NCBI GenBank assembly: GCA_028534125.1
Contig: CM052816.1
Location: 35,900,001 to 35,964,000 of the forward strand
DNA length: 64,000 nucleotides
Reading direction: 5' to 3'
Origin: Lama glama
Taxonomy: Eukaryota
Shown here: positions 12,901 to 24,450 of the stretch, one piece after another
How positions within the stretch are numbered: position 1 is the stretch's first letter
Layout of the letters: each line of letters starts with the position of its first letter
Translations under genes and position numbers: made by a program
The notes under the pieces: model-generated
The model's input: only the letters and a program-made list of their open reading frames with translations
What the model was told of the DNA's origin: nothing
Database searches by the model: none

Positions 12901-15459
12901 TTTCCCATGGTTCATGTGTATCGTTCAGAGTGAGAGCACTGGTCTCCTGAGGTCTGGCCTATTAATCTCTGTTAAGTATAAGTCCTCATGTAACAGAGAC
13001 AGTGGTTTATCCTGTCACTTAGAAAAGCCTGTAAATGTATGTGAAAGTCAGGGATATTTTCTTGAAGAAGCATCATTAATTCTGTGTATTCTTCCCTTGC
13101 TAAGCTAAGAATGGAACTGGGGGGTGGGGTGGAGGGGGCACAGTTCCACTAAGAGGCACACTCTTCGGTACACCTTAAACCACAACCTTCCTTAGGGTAG
13201 CAATTCTTCTAGAGTGTTCAGGAAGGAGGAGTTCTGCCTAAATCTGCTTAATCCGTTAAACAATGAAACAGTTATAACTGCTCTCATTGCAAATGGTTCT
13301 AAAATGTCACAGTCATTACCAGACATGGTCTGGTAGAGTATGGTGAGTTTTCTCAATGAACCAGGACCCTCATTAAGAACACTGGTTATTGAACTCTTTG
13401 GTAATACTGGAATGTGTTCGGGAGCCTTTGAGGTCTGTAGGTTTAGCCTGACTTTTCTATGATATTTCCCAGATGGCTGGTTCTCCTGCCTCTTGCCAGT
13501 GTCTAGGGCTTTTTATCCCAAAGCCCACAGCCTCTGGTCACTGCACTCCTCTAATTAGTTTTTTTTTCCCCCTTCTTTTTGCCCCCTTTTCATAGTTTCT
13601 ATTCTCCTCTGCCACTTTTAAACCACTAGGAGCCAGCTCTGACTTCCAGAATCTCAAATTGGTGTTTCTCTCCTTTTTCTGTTTATAACCGAGGATCAGT
13701 TTGAGGGTTTCGGGTTGAATCCAGATAAGAATTACCTTGTAATTAAGTAGGGTTATTAGTCCTGTCCACAGCCTGGGAGGTGTGCGGTGGGGAGGGGCAG
13801 GGGTAACCACCTTCCTGTTAGAGAGTACGTATGTGGGCTTTGCAGTTGCTGTGTTCATTTCGCTTGAATGTTCCTTTGTTTTCTTCCTGAGGTTCTGGGA
13901 TTCCTGACTAAACGTTGACCCCCAAACAAGAAGCAATTCCACTTTCCCTTCTAAAGGCAGGCAGTTCACAGGCTCTGATTTCAGTCTTTGCCCACAGTCT
14001 CTTTGCCTTTTTTCTTTCTTGGAATGGTTATTTGTTAGGACTGTACTTCTGCATACATTAACAGGCCTGTTTAGAAGTAACGAAGCCCCAAACCCTGCCC
14101 CCTCGTCCCTCAACAATATCTGGAATTATGTTTCATAAAAGGCTGGGTTTTCAGTAGTCAAGTGAAAGTGAAGTGTGTCGATTTTCCAAATTTAACTCCT
14201 GTATTAAATGGAGACTGTGAAAGGGCTACTTATATTGAACATGTCTTTGCTTTGAATTCCATTAATAATGTGTGCATTTCCTGAGTGATCATAAATTCCC
14301 ATTCCTTCTTTGAGGTCACATCTCTTTCCTAAGATTAACCGGAGTGTTAAATTCAGAGTAATGCTCATTGTAAGTATTCAGTAAATAAAGGAAAATTTAA
14401 ATACATGCATTAAGGCTAGAAAGGGAGAAAATAATTAGTTCCTGGAAAGCTGTGAATTACTCTATCCAAAAACATAGGTTTTTGAGAAAGCATCTAATGT
14501 GTCTAATGAGTATTTTGGCATGCATGCTTTATTGTCACAATGAGTCATCATCATGCAGTCACCTCCTCAGGGCTCCAGGTTACCCCCACAAATTCATCTA
14601 GCTTTTTTTTCCCCCTTCCTATTTCTATAAGGTATTAATCAAAAGTAAAAGGAGAAATAGTAAAAACATGGTTTAAAGAACTTAGAGCACCTGGAATAGT
14701 GTCTTGCGACTAGTTAAGTACTGAGTTCACACACTCACCCTTAGGAAATGTAGTTAGTGTCAGTTTCAGGCAATCCTTTCTGTATTTAAATCTTATGAAC
14801 TCCTCTTTAAAAAGAAGATCATTGCTTTATCCTTCTAATCGGCTGAGAAGTTTGCCCTGTTATTTTTCAGTCTTCTTGAGATTAAATGATACAGATGTCC
14901 TAACCATGTTTACTTTTGTGCACTTGATTCATTTAGGTTGATTTTTCAAAATGGTGTTTATTTCTACAGTCCTGAGAAGATGGTGTAGCCCAGTGCAATT
15001 CTGAGCAGAGACTGCTAGTGAATTACCTTGTGCGTCTCTAATGCTATGCCTTGAGGTTTATATTACCTTCCTTTGAGATTTCCCCTCTGTCTGTCCTGCC
15101 AGAAGACCTAAGAGCTGAGATCGAGGTGGTCCTGCATTGTGAGTTCTTTGCTTGCCAGCAGGACAAAGTTTCCCTTCCTTGGAATGTACTACAAATAGTG
15201 TTTGTTTCTGGTAATAATATATTGTGATTGTACTTCCTGTGAAATGATGTAAACCTCTTTAGAAGTCACTTTTAGACTGAGCATAAGCCACCCCTAGGGG
15301 TAGTGAGTTCTCTAAGTTTGCCACATATTTTATAAAGACTGCTTGCTTTTTTTTTTTTTAATTGAAGTAAAATAATTTGTGTTGGTGGGAGGAGGGGAAG
15401 TCCTGAGGTCAGGACTGGAAATAGTGATACAAAACAGAAATCGCAAATGTTTCCATCAA

Positions 15460-15610
15460 TCCCTTCCCTGCAGCCTACTACACCCCAGTATCACTGAACT
15501 GTTGCAGGTTCCCCAAAAGGCCTGTGGTCTTTAGTCCCCCATGCCTCCATGCAGGCCAATCCTCCTCTTGCAGGCAGAGACTCGGAGAGAAATTTATCTC
15601 CTCATAATCA
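15460..15610 (+). mobile_element. L2 LINE fragment
   Basis: cactgaactgttgcaggttccccaaaaggcc...atgcctccatgcaggcc resembles the L2 3' region; highly diverged. Confidence 0.4.
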
Positions 15611-16124
15611 TCGGAGGATCTGATTTCTTAAACACGGTGAAGCTCTGAGAGGCTATGCCAAGCAAACAGCTGGATTGCACACAGGTGGCCCTTGAGCAAA
15701 ACCTAACATCGCTCCAGGCTCTTCTGATAACTTCCTCTCTCTTGACACGCACACTAGTAATTGCTGGCTACTCAGTGACCTTTGTTGGAAACCCAAGGGT
15801 GTCCGTTCCCCCAGGGTCCCTGGCCTTGGCCCACATACCAGACCCTCCCAACCCAGTTGGGGCTGCTGCTTCTGTGTCTGAGCTCCCTTGGGGTGGCCTG
15901 GAGATACCCTGCTAAGTTGATGCCCCAAACCTTCCCCGCAGCCCCTTGGGCACTGCTCAGAACTGACCCTCCCCCATGTACCTAGGGCTGGGCTGGCCAG
16001 ACAAGGTGACATGACACCATTCAAGACTACTTGCTTTAATTTCTCGTATTTGCCAGGCTTGAAGGGAATAAGAACTTGATCATCACTTTTCTCAGCTTTC
16101 TCTCTTGTAGACAAAGGCACTCTA

Positions 16125-16240
16125 ATCTTTATAGGTCTTCTGAGCCTCTCCCTATCTTGATCACAGTAATTTCTCTCCTCTGGACTGTCTTCAGCTCTTT
16201 AGGTGGTAGAGTCCAAATTTAAGATGGAATACTTGAGATT
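16125..16240 (-). mobile_element. CR1/L3 LINE fragment
   Basis: ttgatcacagtaatttctctcctctggactgtcttcagct resembles reverse-complement CR1 ORF2 3' sequence. Confidence 0.35.
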
Positions 16241-16558
16241 TGTGCATTAAGAAGGAAACACTTTTAACAACAGCTGATTACTTTGGGCTATGGTAGTGTA
16301 TGAGTTTGCAGTCTGTAGTGAATAGTCATCAGTGGCCAGCAGTTCCTCTTCTTGGGTTCTGACACCCTGTAGCACGTGAATCATCCTCCAAATGTAATTT
16401 ATATTCATTTCCCTTAAATGCCCACCATTACAGTTGCCCTTCATTTTAGCTCATGCCACTGTTCTGTCTCTTCACGCAGCCCTGTGAAATCTGCAGTTCA
16501 TCTATTGTCAACTTCGCGTTGATTCCCGTTTTGTCACTTCTAAACCTTGGTGCAAATT

Positions 16559-16938
16559 CACTTCCTCTGGGAAGTAGAGTAGCCTGCGGTGAGCTTTGAC
16601 TCACACTGATGACTCACTCATCATGCAGATGACGTCACGAGGACGTCAGCATCCAGTTTCTTCTGCTCTTCTGGGTTTTGTTGCAATTATCATTTCTTGA
16701 CTCTATCTACTTCATATTTCTTTTTATGAGTTTGGAATGTATTCAAGAGATAGGGGAAAGTCCCGAAGGGTAGCTGCTCTTTGAACTATAGCAGACACGT
16801 TCAGGGTTTTCCAGATGTGTTCCTGGAAGCAACTGCCACTGAGTGTTTGCAGGGTACACCCGAGGAGATGCATTTCTGGAAATGGGAGCTTTCACTGCGT
16901 CTTCATAGCAAAGTACCTACAGGAAGATTTTCCTGGAA
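16559..16938. promoter_or_regulatory. Candidate stimulus-inducible (inflammatory/myeloid-type) enhancer
   Basis: PU.1 site AGAGGAAGTG (- strand, 16559-16568), TGCGGT RUNX (16585-16590), TGACTCA x2 (16597, 16610), TGACGTCA (16630-16637), GACGTCA (16642-16648), TGTTGCAAT (16679-16687), GGGACTTTCC (- strand, 16755-16764), TTCCTGGAA x2 (16820, 16930). Confidence 0.6.
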
Positions 16939-17119
16939 ACACTGGTAATTACTCTTCTTTCCTCAATAAATCTCCAAAGCTCTATAGGTAGCTACTTTTC
17001 ATGAAGTATTTGATGCTTAGTCCTTTAGACTTCAGTGATATTTATAATCACTACATATTATCAAAAATTTTCTCTTAACTTCTGGTATCTGTAGAACTTC
17101 TATCTGATTTTACGTTTTA

Positions 17120-17560
17120 ATAGTTAATGCATTCAGGAGGTTAAAAAAAATCAGCATGATATAAAAAGATACATATTAAGTTTGCCCTCACCCTGTCTCC
17201 ATCCCCCTGGTCTCCATTATCCTCTATAGAGAGAACCTCTTTTATTAGTTTTTTGGGTACTCTCAAAAATACAGGCACATCCCAAGATAGATTTTTATAA
17301 TCCCTACTTTCTTACTCAAAGCATATTATGTGCTGTGTTCTATACCTTGCTTTTTAAATTGGAGATTTAAATATGGGAATTCCATATCAGAACATAGAAA
17401 GCTTCCTCATTATTCTTACTGCTTCGTACCATTTGATTGTGTGGATGTGCAGTCGTTTATTTAGGTGGTCCCTAGTGATGGACCCTGGGGTTGTTTGCAG
17501 TATTTTTCTATATAAATAATGCAATAATGTATAACCTTGTGCACACATCATGTCAAATAT
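17120..17560 (-). mobile_element. Ancient L1 (L1ME-like) 3' region
   Basis: Typical antisense L1M signatures: ttccatatcagaacatagaaagcttcctcattattctt, gatggaccctggggttgtttgcagtattttt, ataatgcaataatgtataaccttgtgcacaca. Confidence 0.75.
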
Positions 17561-18419
17561 CTACCTACTGATCTTTATCCTGTTTCCTTACCCGTTTCCT
17601 TGTAGACCTCATAAGCCACTGTAAAACTGAGTCAGCATGATGTTTTTATCTGCTTTAATATAGCCACAGTACTTCCTGAGTTGGGAAGCAATGTCTTGAA
17701 CTTCAGGATGCCCCCAGTCCAGAACTCTTGGGATTCGTTTGAGTCCTAGTTCTTTGGGCATCTTTAACTTAGTGAATTGAGCTAAAAGACAGTGAATATA
17801 ATTTAGATGATGTATGCCCTATTCAGATAAGCTAAAGAGTTAAACTTGGTAGTATTTGCCATACAATGAAATATTAACATTTTAATGAGATTATTGGCTC
17901 TTTAGAGAAAAAGAATTAAAAAACGTTACATTGCAGTTTAAGTACTGAGAATTTAAATGTAACTGGATGAGCAACAAATTAGTGTCATAGTACACTGGTC
18001 AGGCAGGGTTCATAATTCTGATTCTAAATTCTGACTTTCATGGACCTTTTATATGTTGATCTCTATGTATTTATGGATTCAGAAGTTGGTTTGTGTGTGC
18101 ATTTATAATACATAGCCTCCCAAAGGAAAGATTGTAAACTTTTCAGGTGAATAATTGTTTTATTCCCCAGTCTTTCTTTTTTCTTGTATTTCCCATTGTA
18201 CCAAGAGCCTGTGGTCCATTATGAATCTTGCTTTTTCTGTATTTGAGCTTATCTAGTCTTTCCAGAATTTAATTTCCTCCATTCATGGATAAAGTCCGTT
18301 TATTGCTTATCGTCTAACCTATTGGAGTATTCACTATCCCAGTCAGTTTTGGTGTCAGAGCCAGTCACTATGGAGAAGATGTTTAAAATGATGCAGGGGC
18401 CAGGGCAAGACTCAGGTAA

Positions 18420-18585
18420 GGAAAATTACTCAACTCCTCTGAGTTAAGTAATTTACAGGGGCATCTCTTCTGTAAAATGTGAGTGATAGCACAGTGTCCC
18501 CCTCCAGGTTATTGAGAGGTGGATAGTGGCAAGGCATGTAGTACCTAGCATGGTGTTTGACACGTGTGAGGCGCTCGGTCAGGAG
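18420..18585 (+). mobile_element. MIR SINE fragment
   Basis: tctgtaaaatgtgagtgatagc...ggttattgagagg...tagcatggtgtttgacacgtgtgaggcgctc matches the MIR 3' half. Confidence 0.7.
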
Positions 18586-19609
18586 CAGAAATAGTAGATG
18601 TTCTACATTATCTCCTACATGTATTACTTGATGAGTTTCTGTTGTCTTTGAGGACTCGTAAGGATTATTGTAAATGGTTGAATAAATTATTCGAATAGTC
18701 TTTAATGATTTTCTTATTCAAAAATAGGAAAATGACCGTGGAAGTTGGTAGAGATCTGTGTTAGTGAACTGTGATTGTTTGTGCTCTCTAGTTTGTTTAA
18801 TGCTTCTCCGTTGTTCTGGCAGTTGATTAGGCATTCTGCGGGGGGATGCACTTCTATCAGCACATTATCAGCAGCTGAAGAATTTTCGGTTTTCTGCTCA
18901 CTCAGTGCTTGTAAAAATTGAATATATATCGTTTCCCCTTTATCATGTTGAAAATCTCTGGTTCATGGTCTGTTGAAATTCATCTTGTTATATTCAAAAT
19001 GCATCTCCTGGAAGCAGCGACAATGCACAAGGCTTGAGTACACTTAATTCGCAGTATTTTTGTTTCAGTTCCTTTTCTGCACTTTTTACTTGGAGATATT
19101 TTGTTTTAATCTGTTCTTCCCCTTTTCCCTAGCCAAGTTTTTTGTTTGTGAAAAGTAATATTTTTCCAGGCTATATTCTGTGTGCTACAATATGGCTGTG
19201 TTTCAAGATGCTCTTCAGCTCTTGCATCCAGCTACTAATTCTGTGCTCTGAAAAAACTAGATGATGTTTGTGGTGATGGGTCAGTGCCAGTGGAAGGAAA
19301 TAATTTTGCGGAAGATGAATCCATTTCCAAGTAATGTTGGCTCAGTAGAAGCTTACGTTGGAATTTGTTAGGCTGTCTGATAGAAACCAAATTTGACCAA
19401 GACAAGGTTGTATGTATATGTCTTTGTCTACTCATGTATACCTTATGATATGTGTGTATATATATGTGGTAAAATTTCATTTTGATAGTTAACGTTTAGG
19501 CTTTAAAAGGATTAAAACTAGTAGCTTTAATTCCACTTAGTAAAATTTTTTGGTGGGTGTTTTAAAACATTTTAAATCAAATTTTATAATAACAAGCTAT
19601 TTTCTGAAA

Positions 19610-19790
19610 TAGTTTTTACATGCCTGGCTATATTTCATTGAATCATTGCACCAGTCCTGAGACAAGTATTATTAATCATAATTTACAGGTGTGGAAATAA
19701 GCTCAGAGAAGTTAAATAACGTACTCAAGGCTTCAGAGTTTAATAAGTGCCAGAGCTCGATTTTGAGTCTTGGAGTCCTGGGGTCCTGAT
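19610..19790 (-). mobile_element. MIR SINE
   Basis: tattattaatcataatttacaggtgtggaaataagctcagagaagttaaataacgtactcaagg matches the reverse-complement MIR core. Confidence 0.8.
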
Positions 19791-20414
19791 CTCACTGATC
19801 GAATTTTTTGATTGATTTGTCATAGTGAAGTGACAGTTAGATTTCACTTTAGGACTTATTTTGGGGGGTTTTCTCAGAATATAAAATCTTAGTGGTGACA
19901 GAAATAGAGTCCCTAGTATTTCCCCCTCATCTGCTCCGGGCATGGAGGAGTGTGGTCACAACCTGCTGATTCCAGATATCTCATTGCCAGGGGATAGACA
20001 AATTACAGTTTTACAAGTTGCATAGCTTTTCAAACATTTTGAGGCCAAAGATAAATTTGGGTGCTCTTCCAAATGATCAAAATTATTATTGATAAATTAG
20101 TAAAAAAAAAAAGACATCTGTTATCACTTTCTACTGAGAAAATTATGTTTTCTTCTAACAAAATAGTTTTAAGTGAAATTGTAGCTTTGCTTCTTACCCT
20201 TGCATTTTATTTCTCAGTCTGGATTTGACAAGCAGTAGTAGAAAGCAGGACTTATTTTTTTCCTAGACAACTTAAAAAAAATTAGTATTTGGAGTCTTTT
20301 GATTATCTCCTGCTAGGAATATGTCTTTTTGCTTGTTACCACCTGGAAATATTTCCTTCTTCACTTTTACTTTTTAAGGTTCATGTATTATTTTCTCTCA
20401 GGTGTCATTCATGG

Positions 20415-20548
20415 AGTGTATTATACCCCCATTTTAGAGATGAGGGAATCAAGGATGGCTTAATTAACTTGCGTGTGGTATACAGCTCACAGTGGCAAAG
20501 CTGGGCATGAAATCTCAGCCTGTCTGATTCAGGATCTTGTGCTTTTGA
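20415..20548 (-). mobile_element. MIR SINE
   Basis: ttatacccccattttagagatgagggaatcaagg...taacttgc...agtggcaaagctgggcatgaaatctcagcctgtctgattc. Confidence 0.8.
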
Positions 20549-22528
20549 TTCTGTCCGTGCTGAGGGGAGTAGGTGTGACTTGTAGCCTTGCCTGGGTTGG
20601 GGGGGAGTTACTCAGAAGTGAACTCTTCTCTCAGTAAGGTTTGTAATTTTTGAGAAAGTGGAGTTCATAGTAAATTAATTTTATCTTCCCCTGCTCAGCT
20701 TCCCCCACGTGAGTTACTGCTGCTTTTTCTGTAAAGGATACTTACTGAATAATAGATTTAAAAGGGTACATGGCAGTACATAACAACAGAGCTTCATGAT
20801 CGGGTGAGGTGATTTCAATTATTAGGGTTTGGTATAGGCTTATGTCAAGTGTATCCATTTCATAATGAGCCCCCAGTTGTATAGTGAGTCCTGCCTTTAT
20901 TAAATTGTACAGAGAAATTCCTTTGTAAAGTATGACTGACTTTTCTTCCTCTTAGGAAGACAGATTAATAATTTTTCACTATTAATGAGGTTCCATCTGC
21001 TCATCCGGCCTTCCATTCTAAAGGTTATACTTATTACCATATTCACAAACCAACCCAACTGTGTAATCGAAGTTTAAAAAAAAATTTTTTTTAAACCAGA
21101 CTCCATCTTGGTTTCTATCATGTATTTTTTGGCTACTACAGAGCAGGACAAGTGAGTCCACTTCCTCCTCCTTCCCTGTTTTCTCAGGTTCCATTTCGTT
21201 TCTTCTTGTCAGCCAGCCATCTGCCACAAGTCACAGAAATTAAACTGCCTGATACAAGGGATAGTCGTAAAAGAAGGAGCGCACCCAGCAGTGCCATTCT
21301 GGCCAGAAGTCCCCTTTGGGATGCGGGTCCCGGAAATGAGCAGAGGAAGGGCCTCCATGTTACCTGCACATAGGGATGGAGACTTGCGTTCCCTGCTTCT
21401 GTGTTCTTCTCATTTCAAGCAGGGCACTTCGGCATCTGTGCTGAGCATCTGGCAGGGCACGTCTGCGGGACACCGCATGAGGGGAAGGATGAGGAGACGG
21501 TTGGAAGAAAGCAGGCCCTGACTTGCTAGCTAAAAATACGAATCAGTGAAAGTTCCATGCCACAAATTGAGTAAAATTTGATGATAGGGGATTACTGGAA
21601 CATTTTATTAACTTGGGTTGTGCTTTAAAACATTAACTTTTGAAAACAGTTGAATCTCCGAGCTTATGTGTAAGGGTTTGGCTTGTGGATGGTGGTGATT
21701 ACAGCAGCTAGTGCTGGTATCCAAACCCCGTCTGTCACACCCTGCAGTGACCGAGCTCATTTTTTCCTCTCTCTGCGTCTCCTCCCGCGCCCCTCCTGCC
21801 CCACCTGCCTTCCTGCTTTCCTTCCTTTTCTTGGCCCTGAGCCCCTAAGGACCACCAGGTACCCCTTCTTGTTACCCGTCATTATAAGCCTGACGTAGCT
21901 TTGGTGACTCATCCAATCGCTTTATTTAGAAGGTAAGTACGAATAAGTGTCAGTTTACGTAATCTTTACCAGTCCACCTTACCTTCCAAATTGGTCTTTG
22001 ATAAAAGAGCCTTTCAATCTTCCACACTATCACAGATGTTAGCATTTTCAGTACGGGTGAAGCAGATTATATCAAAGAGGCAGAGGTACCCAGGCTTACA
22101 GTATTTGAAACAAGATTCCTTTTTTCTATTCAAGTTGAATTGTTCGAAGAGCCAGTAACAGACAGCAATGAGAGGACGAGCACATACCTGGTTTTGTCTT
22201 CTCTCTTCACTAATCAAATCACCTTTTTTTTTTGGAAGCCAGAATTTGTCAGTAGGCAGAATGTAGGAATGTAGTTCTACTTTAGTAGCTTAAAACAAAC
22301 GAACAAACAAAAAGTGGATTATAAATAACTGAAGGATTTTCAGGTGGAAATAGAGTGATAGCTGGGTCAGGAGAGGAATTAGATCTGAGCTGTCCTGGGA
22401 GACCGTGGGCAAGTTTGTAATTATTTGGTGAGGGGGGTCCTTTATAGCAACATCCCGCCTTTTACCCTGCTTTTTTCTGAGTTAGCATTTTCTTTCTGGT
22501 GGTTTCTTTTTTCACTTCAGTCCCAGAT

Positions 22529-22713
22529 CTGTGGTTCTCAGCACCAGCTGCATGTTTGCATGCCTGGAATCACCTTGGTGGGGAGGGGAGGACTTGCTGG
22601 GATCCCACCCTTGGAGAGTCTGATTTGATTTGGATCAGGTGAGGCCTGAGTGGTGGTGGTTGTTTTAATAGGTCTCCAGGTGATTCTAATGGGAGCCAGA
22701 ATGGGAGAACCTG
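22529..22713. mobile_element. hAT-Charlie MITE (MER5A1-like)
   Basis: Starts ctgtggttctca; internal ggaatcacct, tctgatttgatttgg, ccaggtgattctaatgggagcca; ends gagaacc. Internally palindromic, as MER5 elements are. Confidence 0.75.
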
Positions 22714-23947
22714 TACTGTAGAGGTTTAAAAATCACTGACCAAACTGGGCATGCCCAGGAACCCCGGCGTAGGTAGGATTTTAAGTCAAAAGCAGGGCAG
22801 TTTCCCTGCTGAAGACTCAGCCTTCTCGACCACATTAGCAGATTGGCTGGAACTCTCCTTCCAGAGAGAACAGATTTGTTCTCCTGGTGCACAGCCATGG
22901 AATAGTTCAACACTGAAGTCCAGTTCTCTCCTGGGAAGGCGCTGCCTCCTGGAAACAGCCTGGCCTTGCTTTGACAATCCCGGGCGGATGACTAACAGTC
23001 GGGAGAGTGCATAAGGGCTGAGTCGTAGCTCCCCGCTTCATGGGCTCACTCAGCTGCTCTCAGAGCTGTTTCAAAACAGGTGCTAATGTACATCCTTGGA
23101 CAGCAAGAAATCACCCAGAAACTGCTGACCAGGAGCGTGAACAGAGATCACATGCTACGACTTCTTCTGGAGGTTAGTTTCTCACACCCTCTTTTAATAT
23201 TTTTCACTGCTGTTTTTGTGAAATGTTAAATTTGACAGATTCTGCTTCATTGATGCTTTCTTGTGGCTACTCAGAAAAATGAGTCGAAAGAAGCTTGGCT
23301 TTTCCCGTCTCCACTGCAGCTTTTGAGCTGAACTCATTCACAGAGAAGATGGCCGAGGGCTCCCTGGTTTGTCATTTGGGTGGAGAAGTTCGTGTGAGGG
23401 GTTATTCCCAGCCACAGATTGCACTCTTCACCTCCCCAGCCGTGCGCGGCTCCCTGGCCCGTGCTGCTCTCTGATGGCAGTTCATCCAGGCTGAAAAGGC
23501 CCTGTCTCGTCTCTGGGGTCCTTCCCTTCTACGGGGGTCCTGTTTTGCTTGAGTCTGTATGTGCGGGTTTTTGGTAGGAGTGTTCTGATTGGGATGTCCA
23601 AACTCCATGGAATTTAAAGTTTACAACCATCTGAAAGAAGTCATATTGTTGGTCTACCTCATTTCCTCTGCTTGAGACAAGTTTTCAATAATTTTTAAAG
23701 CAGCAGGATTCAGGGGTGTGGTCAGATTTTCAGATTTAAAAAAAAATTAGAGGATTCATAGAGTATTTAAAACCTGTCCATGTTACAAATAACCGTGCAA
23801 TATTTGACTTAGCTTTGCTCAGGAAAGAGGGCTGGATTTACATCCACCAATTGACTTCTTGGTCAGATTTGCATATCAGACGTATACTGATTTAGCAGAG
23901 ATTGAATGTTGGTATAACGGAAGATCCCTCTACACAAACTATTTTTT

Positions 23948-23992
23948 TCTTTTCATTTTTTTTTACATTTTTTTATTGAGTTACAGTAATTT
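23948..23992 (-). mobile_element. 45-bp LINE-1 tail-only insertion with 17-bp TSD
   Basis: TSD tacacaaactatttttt (23931-23947) / tacacgaactatttttt (23993-24009). The insert is a T-rich tail plus ttattgagttacagtaattt. TTTT/AA endonuclease site at the right junction. Confidence 0.8.
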
Positions 23993-24202
23993 TACACGAA
24001 CTATTTTTTAAATCTTGGAACCCATTTGAAAATACATTTTAATATGTCTGTAACTTTAACAGCCGTAAAAGTAACTACTTTGAGAAACAGACTGGAAAAT
24101 ATTTTGGGCTTGTCTACACTGAAGTTTTAAAAGTTTGATCCTTCATGGACTCGGTCGATCTTTGCTAAGCATCTTCCAGGTGTTAAACTCCTTGATCTAT
24201 GC

Positions 24203-24450
24203 CAGGTGTCTCAAACTCAAATGCCAATGAAGGTCAAGAGAGGGTCAGAGAAATAGGTGAGGAAGATAGTGTTGTAGAAAGAAAGAAGGACCGTGGTCAT
24301 CTGGAGGGTGGAGGCCCTACCTCATGGGGCAGCTGCTGTTCAGCTCTGGCTGGGCATGAATATTAATCTGAACAGTGTTGCCAGATGTTACCACATTTTT
24401 ATGAGAAGCTAATAAGCTCGATTTTTAGGTCAGTTCAACATGGACTTTTA
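24203..24450 (+). mobile_element. hAT-Charlie element (MER102-like)
   Basis: Begins caggtgtctcaaactcaaatgcc and contains cagtgttgccagatg...tttttatgagaagctaataagctcgattttta, as in recalled MER102. Confidence 0.6.

Noticed and set aside
13538..14116. Longest ORF in the track (192 aa, - strand)
   Set aside because: Non-ATG start, low-complexity Lys-rich translation of T-rich DNA, no recognisable homology.
21184..21369. Signal-peptide-like MALLGALLLLRLSLVSGS on the - strand
   Set aside because: The ORF ends shortly afterwards, with no promoter evidence or recognisable mature protein; likely chance.
22746..22759. Palindrome CTGGGCATGCCCAG containing a perfect p53 half-site
   Set aside because: No adjacent second half-site.
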